This document shows, one piece after another, positions 43,838 to 54,229 of a DNA stretch of 64,000 nucleotides (positions within the stretch are counted from its first letter, which is position 1; every line of letters begins with the position of its first letter). The DNA is taken from the IMG/VR virus record IMGVR_UViG_3300031867_000003, positions 32,001 through 96,000 of that record; one strand, written 5' to 3'. This DNA is from a virus (lineage: Duplodnaviria > Caudoviricetes). Below the pieces are notes generated by a model, which was given only the letters and a program-made list of their open reading frames with translations, was not told where the DNA came from and ran no database searches. A program made the translations under genes and the position numbers.

Positions 43838-44398
43838 ATGGCGGGATGGGCATTTCTCGCATCTGATAACAAATTAGTGGGATCTATTCTTTTTTCAATC
43901 GGGCTGCTGTTGGTTTGCACTATGGGATACAACCTGTATACCGGCAAAATCTGTAAAGCATTTACAATCGGTGGTCCAAAATTTATTTTGTTTCCGTGGA
44001 TGCTACTGGGCAATTTTCTCGGCACATTTATTGTGGCAATGTTAACCAGAGTAGGGCGTCCACTTCTGATAGATAAGGCAACGGCTGTTTGCTCGGCAAA
44101 ATTATCTGAGGGACTTGCGGTAATTCCGCTGGCAATCATGTGTAATGTGATGATTTATTACGCGGTTACTAACTTTAGATATAATCCTCATCAACTCGGC
44201 AAATATCTGGGGATTATTCTCAGCGTAACAATATTTGTTTACTGCGGTTTTGAGCATTGTGTGGCTAATGCCTACTACTTTTTTGTTGCCGGTTTCTCCA
44301 TCATGTACATACCATTCTTGCTACTGAATGTTCTCGGCAATACAATTGGGGGAATCGTTATATATAGATTAGACACTTTATCAAAGATTAATTATTAA
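43838..44398 (+). CDS. formate/nitrite transporter family protein (original start at 42322, cut off by the IS)
   Basis: LFSIGL, NLYTGK, GNFLG, CN, FEHCVANAYY and GNTIGG motifs. Confidence 0.82.
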   Translation: MAGWAFLASDNKLVGSILFSIGLLLVCTMGYNLYTGKICKAFTIGGPKFILFPWMLLGNFLGTFIVAMLTRVGRPLLIDKATAVCSAKLSEGLAVIPLAIMCNVMIYYAVTNFRYNPHQLGKYLGIILSVTIFVYCGFEHCVANAYYFFVAGFSIMYIPFLLLNVLGNTIGGIVIYRLDTLSKINY

Positions 44399-44412
44399 AG
44401 GAGTAAGTAACT

Positions 44413-44646
44413 ATGAAGATTTTTAACATCAAAAACATTGAGGGATTCTTCAACGTGGTTGATAAGTGCAAGGGTCAGGTACATGTGGTGTCTCCGGAGG
44501 GCGATGATATTGTACTGACCAGTAAGCTGAGTAGGGTTGTCTTTGCGGTGATTAATGAGGAACAGATTAATAATCTGAATCTGGAACTCAAGTGTGAGAA
44601 CCCCGAAGATACAATGCTGTTTATGGATTTCTTGGCGAGAGGTTAA
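44413..44646 (+). CDS. small HPr-fold-like hypothetical protein
   Basis: FFNVVDKCKGQVHVVSPEGD.VLTSKLS. Confidence 0.5.
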   Translation: MKIFNIKNIEGFFNVVDKCKGQVHVVSPEGDDIVLTSKLSRVVFAVINEEQINNLNLELKCENPEDTMLFMDFLARG

Positions 44647-45061
44647 TTATGAGCGAGTATTATGTTAATGAAGAAAAAGGTACTGTTGTAAGTGTTTATG
44701 ATTCGGGTGACTGGGGATTGCATGATTTCTCACAGAAGGTACTGAAGCACGTTCATGGTCCGAGGATTTATCGCAATGTTATTGCGGATATTATTGACTC
44801 CAACATCTTTCCAATTTATCCGCAGTATATCCGTGGTGTTGCCAAGCTTGGTGAGAATGATTCCTGGGATGAAACCAAGGGTAAGAAAATTGCCGATCAG
44901 AAAGTCGCACTGAAGAAGAATGACCGCATTGTTAAACAGGCGATTCTGGTTAAGAAGCACTTGCTCAATATTGTTAAGGAACTTGATGTGATTATCAGTA
45001 AGTACTCTGAGAAGTGTGCTGCTATTGAAGAGGACTTTGATAGGTATTATGTAAAGGGGGA

Positions 45062-45274
45062 ATGATGATGGAAGTGATACTGTATAGTACTCATTGTCCT
45101 AAATGCAATATTCTTGAGAAAAAATTGGACTCAGAAAATATTAAATATGCAACCGTCACGGATGCGGATGTAATGATTGAGAAAGGATTTAAATCCACAC
45201 CAATTTTAGAGGTTGATGGAGTAGTAAAAACGTTTAAAGAAGCTATTGACTGGCTTGAGGAACTGGAGGATTGA
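45062..45274 (+). CDS. glutaredoxin/NrdH-like protein
   Basis: CPKC and TP.LEVDG motifs, directly upstream of nrdD. Confidence 0.8.
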   Translation: MMMEVILYSTHCPKCNILEKKLDSENIKYATVTDADVMIEKGFKSTPILEVDGVVKTFKEAIDWLEELED

Positions 45275-45280
45275 TAACTT

Positions 45281-47257
45281 ATGGACATTCAGCTGAAATT
45301 AACTAAAGATTTTGAAAGATATTTAAATGAACTCAAGAATAAATATGGCGAAGATTTCGAATATATTAACGGTATTCATCCTAGCCAGTTAGACTTCTCT
45401 GAGTTCATTGATAATTTCGTGGATAAGGGTACTTTGGCTGATGCCAGTATTGATCCGAATGCTAATGCCAATAATCGAGACATCCGTAGTTTTATGACAG
45501 AAAAGGCTAAAAGTGAAGATAAACTCTTTGGACTAAATAAAATATTCTCTACTATGAAGAAACAGTGGGGATTAAGAACCGCAAAACAGTGGTTCGAGCA
45601 AGAATTTAGCAAAGGGTTCTATCTAAATGATAGCACAACGGCATCGTATTTTCCATATTGTTGGGCGAATGATTTGACCAGATTAGCTACTGAGGGATTA
45701 TTCTTTTTGAATAATTATAATAATCAACCTCCAAAACATTTAACAACATTTGTAGATGATCTAATTGAATTTGTTTCCTTCTTGTCAAATAGACAGTCTG
45801 GTGCTGTTGGTTTGCCAAATGTTCTTATCTGGGCTTGGTGGTTCTGGAAGAAAGATGTTGAAACCGGTTATTATATTAAAAATCCCGATTACTATCTTAG
45901 ACAGCAATTCCAGAAAATTGTTTATCGACTTAACCAGCCGTTCCTAAGAATTGACCAGAGTAGTTTTACTAATGTATCAATTTTTGACAGACCTTATCTT
46001 GAAGGAATTTTCGGCGGAGTTGAGTTTCCGGACGGTACATTCGCTATTGATCATGTTGAAGATTTGATTAAATGTCAGAAAGCTTTCATGGAAGTCGTTG
46101 CTGAGATTAGAAGAGAACAAAATATGTTTACATACCCGGTTCTTACATATTCTCTTCTTAAGCGTAATGATTTTAAAGAAGGCGAAATTGAAGAAATGAT
46201 CAAAACCAGAAACTGGGATATTTTCGTAGATAAAGATTTTGCGAGATGGTGTTCCGACCATAATGTGGAATGGAATGATTCTAACTTCTTCTGTAGCGAT
46301 AATGTTGGAGTACTAAGTAATTGCTGTCGTCTGCTGTCTGATACAACCAAACTTGATGCATTTATTAACTCTATTGGTGGTACCGCACTTTCCGTAGGAT
46401 CGTGTCGAGTCAGTACAATTAATCTGGTAAGAATTGCTTATGAGAGCGAATTTGATAAGAAAAAATATATGAGAATTCTTAGACAGAGAGTTCTGCTTGA
46501 TTGTAAAGCGCTGTATTCAATGAGACATATCCTTAAGAGAAACATCGAAAAAGGGTTGCTTCCCAATTATCAGGATGGAGCCGTTGAACTTAGTAAACAG
46601 TTTTGTACAATCGGCGGAATCGGAATGTACGAAGTTATGGATTTATTTGGATTGATTAACACGGATGAATTCGGCTGTAAGTCCTACTCTGATGAAGCGG
46701 TAGAGTTTGCTACGAAAATTCTCGATACAATGAATGAAGTTAAGGATAATTTTGAGTGTGACTTTACATTTAACATTGAAATGATTCCCGCTGAGAACTG
46801 CGCCGGGGTTATTTGTCAGGCAGATAATTTAATCTACGAGCAGAACAAATATTTCATTTATTCTAATCAGTGGATTCCACTTATGGAGAAATGTACAATC
46901 CAGGAGAAATGTAGACTTGGTTCTTTATTCGATGAAAAATGTGGCGGTGGATGCATTGCCCACATTAATGTCGAAAATAGATTCGCGAATAATGACGCAG
47001 CATGGGATATGTTGAATTATGTTGCAGCTATGGGAGTCATTTATTTTGCGTTTACTACAAAAATTAGTGTTTGTAAGAACAAACATGCTTTTATTAGTGA
47101 GAATAAATGCCCTCAGTGCGGAGAACCTATCTCTGATACATATGCAAGAGTTGTTGGTTTTTATGTACCAATTAGTAGTTACCAGAAAATTAGAAAACGT
47201 GAGTTCGACAAGCGCCGTTGGATGAACGTTCTGAGCAATGATGGGATTATGCAATGA
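45281..47257 (+). CDS. nrdD: anaerobic (class III) ribonucleotide reductase
   Basis: PYC, QSGA, SNCCRL, IPAE, Zn site and glycyl-radical RVVGF. Confidence 0.92.
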   Translation: MDIQLKLTKDFERYLNELKNKYGEDFEYINGIHPSQLDFSEFIDNFVDKGTLADASIDPNANANNRDIRSFMTEKAKSEDKLFGLNKIFSTMKKQWGLRTAKQWFEQEFSKGFYLNDSTTASYFPYCWANDLTRLATEGLFFLNNYNNQPPKHLTTFVDDLIEFVSFLSNRQSGAVGLPNVLIWAWWFWKKDVETGYYIKNPDYYLRQQFQKIVYRLNQPFLRIDQSSFTNVSIFDRPYLEGIFGGVEFPDGTFAIDHVEDLIKCQKAFMEVVAEIRREQNMFTYPVLTYSLLKRNDFKEGEIEEMIKTRNWDIFVDKDFARWCSDHNVEWNDSNFFCSDNVGVLSNCCRLLSDTTKLDAFINSIGGTALSVGSCRVSTINLVRIAYESEFDKKKYMRILRQRVLLDCKALYSMRHILKRNIEKGLLPNYQDGAVELSKQFCTIGGIGMYEVMDLFGLINTDEFGCKSYSDEAVEFATKILDTMNEVKDNFECDFTFNIEMIPAENCAGVICQADNLIYEQNKYFIYSNQWIPLMEKCTIQEKCRLGSLFDEKCGGGCIAHINVENRFANNDAAWDMLNYVAAMGVIYFAFTTKISVCKNKHAFISENKCPQCGEPISDTYARVVGFYVPISSYQKIRKREFDKRRWMNVLSNDGIMQ

Positions 47258-47736
47258 CGGATACAATTACATTAAAAGGAATTATTGATGAGGACTTTGT
47301 TAACTACAGAGTCCCATCAATGGTACTTATGTTCCCAAAGTGTTCTTTTAAGTGTGGCACAAACTTTTGCCAAAACTCATCTTTAGTTAAAGCAGAAAAT
47401 GTTGAAGTCCAATTAAGTAGACTTTTTGGAAGATACATAAATAACCCAATAACAAATAGCGTTGTATTACAAGGGCTAGAGCCATTCGATTCATGGGATG
47501 AGTTATTCTCACTGATTAAATATTTTAGGGATAATGATTGTAATGATGATATTGTTATTTATACGGGCTATGACAAGTCTGAAATATTGGACATGGTGAA
47601 TGATTTAAGTATATTCCACAACTTAATTATTAAATATGGAAGATACATTCCAAATCAAAAATCACATTTTGATGACATACTGGGAGTGAGATTAGCGTCA
47701 GATAACCAGTATGCAGAAAGGCTAGATAATGACTAA
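47254..47736 (+). CDS. nrdG: anaerobic RNR activating radical-SAM protein
   Basis: CSFKC...CQN, GLEPF, YTGY and LASDNQ motifs. Confidence 0.88.
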   Translation: MTDTITLKGIIDEDFVNYRVPSMVLMFPKCSFKCGTNFCQNSSLVKAENVEVQLSRLFGRYINNPITNSVVLQGLEPFDSWDELFSLIKYFRDNDCNDDIVIYTGYDKSEILDMVNDLSIFHNLIIKYGRYIPNQKSHFDDILGVRLASDNQYAERLDND

Positions 47737-47997
47737 AGGTGACATTTATTATTACGCAAGAATTCACCCGGCTACAGGTATCTTCGAAGTAGATGAACTC
47801 TGCATCCGCACTGTGGAGGATACCTACTTCGTAGGTACTGAAAAAAAGACAAAGCAAGCGTTCTTATTTAACTATGACGAACTTGAAGAGGTCGTTTTTT
47901 TGGACAGAACAAAAGCGCTTGCTCTGGTTAAAGCTGCCGAGGCTGAATTCAAGGATAAGAAGAAATTTACTGTTGATTATGATGAAGGAGTAACTGT

Positions 47998-48519
47998 ATG
48001 AAAGTAGTTGGAAATTTTTATAAAGTAAGTCTCGACCAGTTTGCTGAAGATTGGCGAGATACATTTGGCATCCCGGACGATGATATAAACCGGCAACATA
48101 TCACCGACACATATAAGAATATTAAGTTGCCGACAAGAAGTACTTCCGGGAGTGCCGGTTATGATTTTGTCTCACCATTGCATTTTTGTTTGGAACCGGA
48201 AGATGATATCGTAATACCGACTGGGATTAGAGTAGAAATAACCAAACCTGGTTGGGCACTGATGATGTTTCCAAAATCCGGGCTTGGATTCAAGTATTAT
48301 ACAACTCTGGCCAACACGATTGGTATAGTGGATCAGGACTATTTTTATTCAGATAACGAGGGTCATATATTCCTCAAGATTAGAAACGAAGGCTCCAAAA
48401 CTATGCTTGTTGAAGCCGGAGACAAAATCGTCCAGGGAGTATTTCTCAAATTCGGCATTACATCCGATGATAATGTTACGGCAACCAGAAATGGTGGCTT
48501 TGGAAGTACCGGGAGGTGA
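47998..48519 (+). CDS. dut: dUTPase
   Basis: SAGYD, KSGLG, GIVDQDY and RNGGFGSTG motifs. Confidence 0.93.
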   Translation: MKVVGNFYKVSLDQFAEDWRDTFGIPDDDINRQHITDTYKNIKLPTRSTSGSAGYDFVSPLHFCLEPEDDIVIPTGIRVEITKPGWALMMFPKSGLGFKYYTTLANTIGIVDQDYFYSDNEGHIFLKIRNEGSKTMLVEAGDKIVQGVFLKFGITSDDNVTATRNGGFGSTGR

Positions 48520-49002
48520 CAATGAAGATTATTAAACATAATAGCGATAATAAACCATCGACTATTTCATTTCCTATTAAAGTGGCTTGTGAGCATTGCG
48601 GATCAATCATCGAACTGGAGAGTGAGGACGATTTCCACGAAGGGTATCTCGGCATGATGTATTTTAAATGCCCTTGTTGTGAGAAAGAGGCTTGTGTTGA
48701 CCATCCAGACCTTGATAAAAAAGTAACAATTGATAATCTGAATTTCCCGGATAATTTCTGGCATTTTGATTCCACTGACGGTGATGGGGTTCATGTACAA
48801 GACAAGGAAGTAACCGACTTTATTAAAGAATCGATTCTTAAGTTACGAAAAAATAGATTTGATGATGACTACGGCGATACATTCTACACCGGTACCGGAG
48901 ATACGTTTGTTTATGTAAAACGTTATCCCGGAGACGAAGAATATATGGTTGTTGTAGCACAGAATTACTATCAGACCGAGATTCCGTTCGAATTAGAAGA
49001 TT

Positions 49003-49515
49003 ATGCATAAGAGTATTTTTATTATTAATGGTCCGGCAACAGCCGGTAAAGATACATTTGTTAGTATGGTAAGTTCAATCGTGCCTACCATAAACTACTC
49101 ATCCGTCCAGGTAGTGAAGGAAGCTGCCTCGCTACTTGGATGGGAGGGTGGTAAATCTGAGAAAGATAGGAAGTTTCTCGCCGATATGAAATTCTTGAGT
49201 ACAGAGTATTCAGACGCCCCATATAAATCCATGGAGAAAAAGATATTTGAGTTCTTAGAGGATGAAATCCATGAGATGTTATTTCTCCATATTAGAGAAC
49301 GTGCCGAAATCGAGCGCATGGTAAAAGAATATCCAATGATTAGAACCATATTGGTCACCAGAAGCGGAGTTGCTCCAATCACGAGTAATTCCGCCGATGC
49401 CCAGGTATATGATTGGAGTTACGATTTTGTCATTGACAATTCGGGAACACTGGGCGATTTAAAGTCGGTAGCCAAAGAATTTGTTGATGATATCAATAAT
49501 AAGGAAGTGATGTAA
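49003..49515 (+). CDS. P-loop nucleotide kinase (dNMP kinase-like)
   Basis: GPATAGKDT P-loop. Confidence 0.7.
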   Translation: MHKSIFIINGPATAGKDTFVSMVSSIVPTINYSSVQVVKEAASLLGWEGGKSEKDRKFLADMKFLSTEYSDAPYKSMEKKIFEFLEDEIHEMLFLHIRERAEIERMVKEYPMIRTILVTRSGVAPITSNSADAQVYDWSYDFVIDNSGTLGDLKSVAKEFVDDINNKEVM

Positions 49516-49543
49516 TATAAGCAGCGGTAACGAAGATGAGATA

Positions 49544-50746
49544 TTGTGTCTGCTTGCATCTGATGCTACTATAGATACATCATATATCCGTTCTCAGATT
49601 GATGATATGAACCGGAGAAAGAAGTATCTAAACAACCATAAGTATGCAATCACGCAAAATAAAGATGGGAAGTGGTACACATATTTGCCCGATCCCGTTA
49701 AGGGCAGAAAATTGTATAAAAGAAGTTCGAGAAAAGAATTGGAAGATATCATAGTAGAATGCTATGAAAAGTTGGAGTCACTAGGCTCAACGTTCGAAGA
49801 AGTGTATTTCATGTGGAGAGAATATAAAGATAAGATGGTGTCCGATAATACGGCAGTCAGATATGATACTGACTACGCCAGATGTCTCGAGGGTACTGAT
49901 TTTGTAAAGATGCCGGTGTCAGTAATTACTGAAGATGACATATCTGTATTTATAAAACAGCGGATCGAGTCCCTGAAGTTGCCGAAGAAAGCAGCCAAAA
50001 TGTTATTCGGATACATCCACAACACTTTGTTATTCGCTTGCCGCCACAAGCTGATTGACGAAGATGTGATGAGGTTCATGAAACCCGGCGAATTTTATGA
50101 GTACTGTGTGGCATCAAAAAGATCGCAAAAATCCCAGACTATTAGCGATGAGGATAATGCTAAACTTCAGGCATTGTTGAGGGATGACATACAAAACAAT
50201 CCGACTTACATTCCTCCATATGCCGTAGTACTATCTTCGCTGACCGGAATGAGAGTCGGCGAACTGGCTGCATTAACTTGGGACTGCGTATTCGAAGATC
50301 GTTTATTAATTAACAAATCAGAGAAGTATAATCGCAAGACCAAGACCTACTCAATTGAAGGTACTAAGAATGGTAAATCCAGGGTATTTCCAATGACCAA
50401 AGAAATTAAAGAACTTCTTTATAACCTCAAAAAGATCGAAATTGCCAATGGATTCTTAACTGAATACGTATTTAGCGGAGAATCCGGACGAATTCATACA
50501 AATGTAATATGTAGTTGTATTAAAAACAAATGCCGAACTTTAGGTATTACAGAGCGAGGAATTCACGCATACCGTAAAACACTGAACTCCAAAATGAGAT
50601 GTAGCGGTGTCTCGGCAACGGTTGCGGCGAGTTTGCTCGGTCACTCACCAGAAGTCAACGAGCAATACTACACGTATGATGTTGCAGATTTCTCGACCAA
50701 AACAAGTATCATTTCCGAATTAAATAAGAAGGTAATGGGGGAATAA
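49544..50746 (+). CDS. tyrosine integrase (start may be ATA 49517)
   Basis: TGMRVGEL, TKNGKSR, HAYR, LLGH and catalytic Y in QYY. Confidence 0.92.
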   Translation: MCLLASDATIDTSYIRSQIDDMNRRKKYLNNHKYAITQNKDGKWYTYLPDPVKGRKLYKRSSRKELEDIIVECYEKLESLGSTFEEVYFMWREYKDKMVSDNTAVRYDTDYARCLEGTDFVKMPVSVITEDDISVFIKQRIESLKLPKKAAKMLFGYIHNTLLFACRHKLIDEDVMRFMKPGEFYEYCVASKRSQKSQTISDEDNAKLQALLRDDIQNNPTYIPPYAVVLSSLTGMRVGELAALTWDCVFEDRLLINKSEKYNRKTKTYSIEGTKNGKSRVFPMTKEIKELLYNLKKIEIANGFLTEYVFSGESGRIHTNVICSCIKNKCRTLGITERGIHAYRKTLNSKMRCSGVSATVAASLLGHSPEVNEQYYTYDVADFSTKTSIISELNKKVMGE

Positions 50747-50811
50747 CGGGAATTATTTTTCCCCCATTTTACCCAAAATTTTGTTACCTTTTGTTACCTG
50801 AAAGGTTTCGC

Positions 50812-50840
50812 TTGACAACTATCAAAAATAGTGCTATTAT
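50812..50840 (+). promoter_or_regulatory. sigma-A promoter for the reconstituted tRNA
   Basis: TTGACA-17bp-TATTAT with an extended TG. Confidence 0.75.
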
Positions 50841-50886
50841 GCAAAATGTCCAAAGCCCAGTAAATACAAGGGTTTGAGGAATACAC

Positions 50887-50932
50887 CGGGGTATGGCGTA
50901 GCTTGGTAGCGCGCTCGGCTGGGGGCCGAGAG
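50887..50932 (+). tRNA. 5' fragment of tRNA-Pro(GGG), att core
   Basis: CGGGGTATGGCGTAGCTTGGTAGCGCG CTCGG-CTGGGGG-CCGAG AG. T-arm and 3' acceptor strand are absent. Confidence 0.82.
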
Positions 50933-51096
50933 TCCTTCCCAAAACTGTTTTAAAAACGCTCAAACCCCAGTAAAATCAAGGGCTGGCGCTCATTTTTGAT
51001 ATGGCACAAATTTGTTACCTTTGTTACCTCGCTTCAGAAAGGCAAGAATTGGATATATGATGAAAGTTATTTGTGCAATCTGTACAAATAAGTCGT

Positions 51097-51128
51097 AAAA
51101 AAAGGGGATACCAAATCGGTGTCCCCTT
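51097..51128 (-). terminator. intrinsic terminator of the late operon
   Basis: AAGGGGATACC-AAATC-GGTGTCCCCTT hairpin with a U-tract on the minus strand. Confidence 0.75.
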
Positions 51129-51305
51129 AAATTATTTGATTATATGTCGTTATCTTGTTGTGACTTATCTTTATTTTGTTCTATTATGGGTAATTCCCAT
51201 ACCCTCATTTCTTGGAATTCAATTATTTTCTTTAAGTCCGGTATCTCCGGAGTCGATTTTGTCGCTCTTTGGATTTTGCCCCAGTTGAGTAGCGGTCTCC
51301 ATTTA

Positions 51306-51746
51306 TCACCCATTGACTTCACCGGGTTCTGTAATTACCTGAGTAGAAGCAATAACTTCCTCAGTAGTTGCAGGTTTTTTGTTTTCTTCTACAATCTTTC
51401 TAAGGATTTTAAGCGATTCATCAATCTATGTATCAATCCATTTAATTATATCTTCCTATGATGCTGCTTTATTTAAAATTGGCCATTGCTCGTACACGCG
51501 TTGCACAACTTGTGCCCTCTTAATACTTCCGGCTTTATTCCAAGCTTCATAATCTACTTCTGCATCACTTATGAGTTTTAACATAACTTCTCTAATCTAC
51601 GTTTTAACAATCTCAATTTTTTCTTCATCTGTTTTACCTAAGAAATTTTTAATCTTCGCAATAATTCCAAGTATTAAACCGATACATACTGCAATTGTAG
51701 TCCAATTCGTATTAATAAATTCCAAAAAATTCTGTAATCCCTTCAT
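51306..51746 (-). CDS. holin-like protein (3 in-frame TAG)
   Basis: N-terminal TM helix, then DAE...AGSIKRAQV, resembling LL-H type holins. Open under TAG=Gln. Confidence 0.65.
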
Positions 51747-51760
51747 AAATCATTTCCTCC

Positions 51761-52012
51761 TCATCCTACTCCCGGTGGTAATTCATCTGTTTCTTCATTA
51801 TCTTTATTCTTAGTTTTTGTCGTCTTTATCCAGCCTAATATCCCAAATTCACCTAACCCCGCCGCAAATACCGCGGCTATTAAAGAACTCGGTTCCATTA
51901 GACCGCGCTCGACAATATCCAATATTCGAAGTGTGAATAAAATAAGCAGAATCGCGACCAGAATTACCATCACATTTGAAAACTTAATTTTCTTCTTAAT
52001 CTTATTAAACAT
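51761..52012 (-). CDS. small two-TM membrane protein (holin-like)
   Basis: Two hydrophobic segments, located in the lysis cassette. Confidence 0.65.
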   Translation of the reverse strand: MFNKIKKKIKFSNVMVILVAILLILFTLRILDIVERGLMEPSSLIAAVFAAGLGEFGILGWIKTTKTKNKDNEETDELPPGVG

Positions 52013-52025
52013 TCACATCACTTCC

Positions 52026-52592
52026 TTAGATTGGGAACCCCTCTCTTAATCCTCTTTCGTATCTTTCATTTATAATCTTCATAGAAGCGCTTACACGACC
52101 ATTTTCGAGATTGTTTGCTTTTAAGATTCTTTCGTAATTCTAATATTTTTCAATTAAATGAGTATAATTTTCTTCGTCAAAACATTTTCCTTCGCGTACC
52201 TAATTTGCAAATTCAAGAATTGTCCATCGCATATTATCAATAGCTATTTTAGTATCCTCAGCTTCTTTCTTTTCAAACTTCTCTGACAAATTATTAATAG
52301 CTGTCATAACTTCTTTCTGAGAGTCTTCCATACGCTAATTAAACTGCATACGGCATTCTCTGGATTCTTTCTAATCTTGTTTGATTTGATTTATTTCCGA
52401 TTTTATACCGGAGATACTTTCATGCATCTCTCGTTTTTCGCGCATCGATTTTGTTTCTATACCAGTAATTTCCTATATTTTTTTTGCTAATACATATATA
52501 CCTACACCAACTATCGCAAGAATTATTATACCAATTATTAACTCTCGGTAGTTGATCTAAAATACATATTCTAGCATTTCTTGGTCTGGCAT
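52026..52592 (-). CDS. membrane-anchored coiled-coil lysis-cassette protein (6 in-frame TAG)
   Basis: SD GAGGAGG and ATG 52592. TM helix, then MRWTILEFAN and LENG. Open under code 15. Confidence 0.7.
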
Positions 52593-52607
52593 TAGTCTCA
52601 CCTCCTC

Positions 52608-54212
52608 TCAACTAACTCTAGCAATATACTACGCAGCTACAAAACCATAAATATGTGAATTAACACATATGTATAGCCAATCGGAGCCATCGAGGGCGGT
52701 GACTTTATCACAAACCTCGACCTCATATCCTTTTTCTAACTGAGGCCATGACACAATATTGGCATAAGAATACCCCGGACCCGACCTCACATTAAGATTA
52801 TTATCAATTGATTTGCCGACGTACTGAACCGTTTTGTTGACAGTGTATGTTCCGTCGGCTCGTTGTTTGTTGACTGTTGGAGTTGTTGCGGCTGAAATTA
52901 CAGGTTTAGCGGTAGTAGGTTTAGTAGTGTTGGTTTGTTTGGCGTCTTTTTTTTCTTTAATTAGCTAATCAATCTTTTTCATTGTTTTATTGCCGACGAT
53001 TCCGTCAACTTCAAGGCCATATTTTTTCTGGAACTCAATAACAGCATTATAAGTATGTTCGCCAAATTCACCGTCTTCATCAAGGTTGACATTCATCAGC
53101 TAATTAAGTTTTTTCTATAGATTTTTAACCGCACTGCCGACATCTCCGTACTGGATATCAGAAGAGGACGCCGACACTGTAGTTGTAGCAGTGCCGTTTC
53201 CTACATATCTAAGTACCACATTCCATGGATAATTCCGATAATCGCGGATTAAGATCTCTCGTCCGGTTTGATCGCCCGGTTGTCCGCCGGTTGCCTTCCC
53301 AAGTTCGTTTACACTGGCTTCGACCTCTTTGCCACTACCGCAATACATAGCGACGTGATGTACATGGTTAAGTAATATATCTCCGCGCTACATACCGTTC
53401 CCCGTATTGAGGTTAACAGTGCTAGTAACATCTTTGAAGCCATACTTCAAAAATACTTCATACATATTCCCCGTATACATGGCGCCACCTTTGGATTTAA
53501 CCGGAACGCCGGCTTGTTCCCATGCGGTAATCGTTAAACTGGAACAATCATAATCTCCGCGCTCATTCCAGCGGTATGCCTGATCGTAGCCGTGAGATGC
53601 ATCCCTAGCGACTTTCTCCATAAACGAGATTGCCGATTCAATAATCGCCACTACATTAGTAGTAGCAGCAGTAGTAGTAGTGGTTATCGGTTTTTCGGTT
53701 GAACTCGGTTTACTGATATAGCCAAACGCATCAGTATACCCATTGGCACCGTCGGGAAAACAAAAGAATGTCCATGACGAACCATAGACATTCTTTACCT
53801 TGGTAATATCTTTTTTATACATACTCCGATTTGTAGGAGTAAAAGGTACTCCATTATTGCTTGCGCTTGCGATATCGGATAAGCAATCATACTCATCCAC
53901 GTAGGACGGGAGACTACGATTGCCGTTGAGAATAACGTCCTTCACCGCATTAATTACAGATTGCGGAGCATAATTACCGTTGATATATGGTTTATTAAAC
54001 GATTCAGTCCCATACCAACCGGACTTCACCGTACAATCAAATGGGTTGCTATATTTTTTAGTCTGATACCGTTCGTAATAATTCAACATATGCGATGCAC
54101 ATGCCCGTACACCGGCATCATTGGAACCCTACTCTCGGTAGCAAATATTTGCCAAACCGCGAATTTGGGTTTCTGTAAGGTTATATGATTTTCCTTTATA
54201 TATTTCTGACAT
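52608..54212 (-). CDS. endolysin: NlpC/P60-like peptidase, PG-binding and SH3b domains (in-frame TAGs)
   Basis: YDCSSL...HHVAMY, DGEFG/DGIVG and LNVRSGPG motifs. One 534-aa frame under code 15. Confidence 0.85.
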
Positions 54213-54229
54213 AAGTTTCACCTACCTTA

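Larger units (their letters stand above)
50781..51030. other. attP-like region
   Basis: Tandem TTGTTACCT arm-like repeats at 50781-50799 and 51012-51029. CCCAGTAAA..CAAGGG repeats at about 50855 and 50966 flank the tRNA fragment. Confidence 0.75.

Noticed and set aside
118-50079. Numerous minus-strand ORFs in the early region and plus-strand ORFs in the late region
   Set aside because: They are antisense shadows of well-supported genes, with no SD or recognisable motifs.
50887-50960. Complete tRNA-Pro gene
   Set aside because: It has no T-arm or 3' acceptor strand, so it is treated as an att core.
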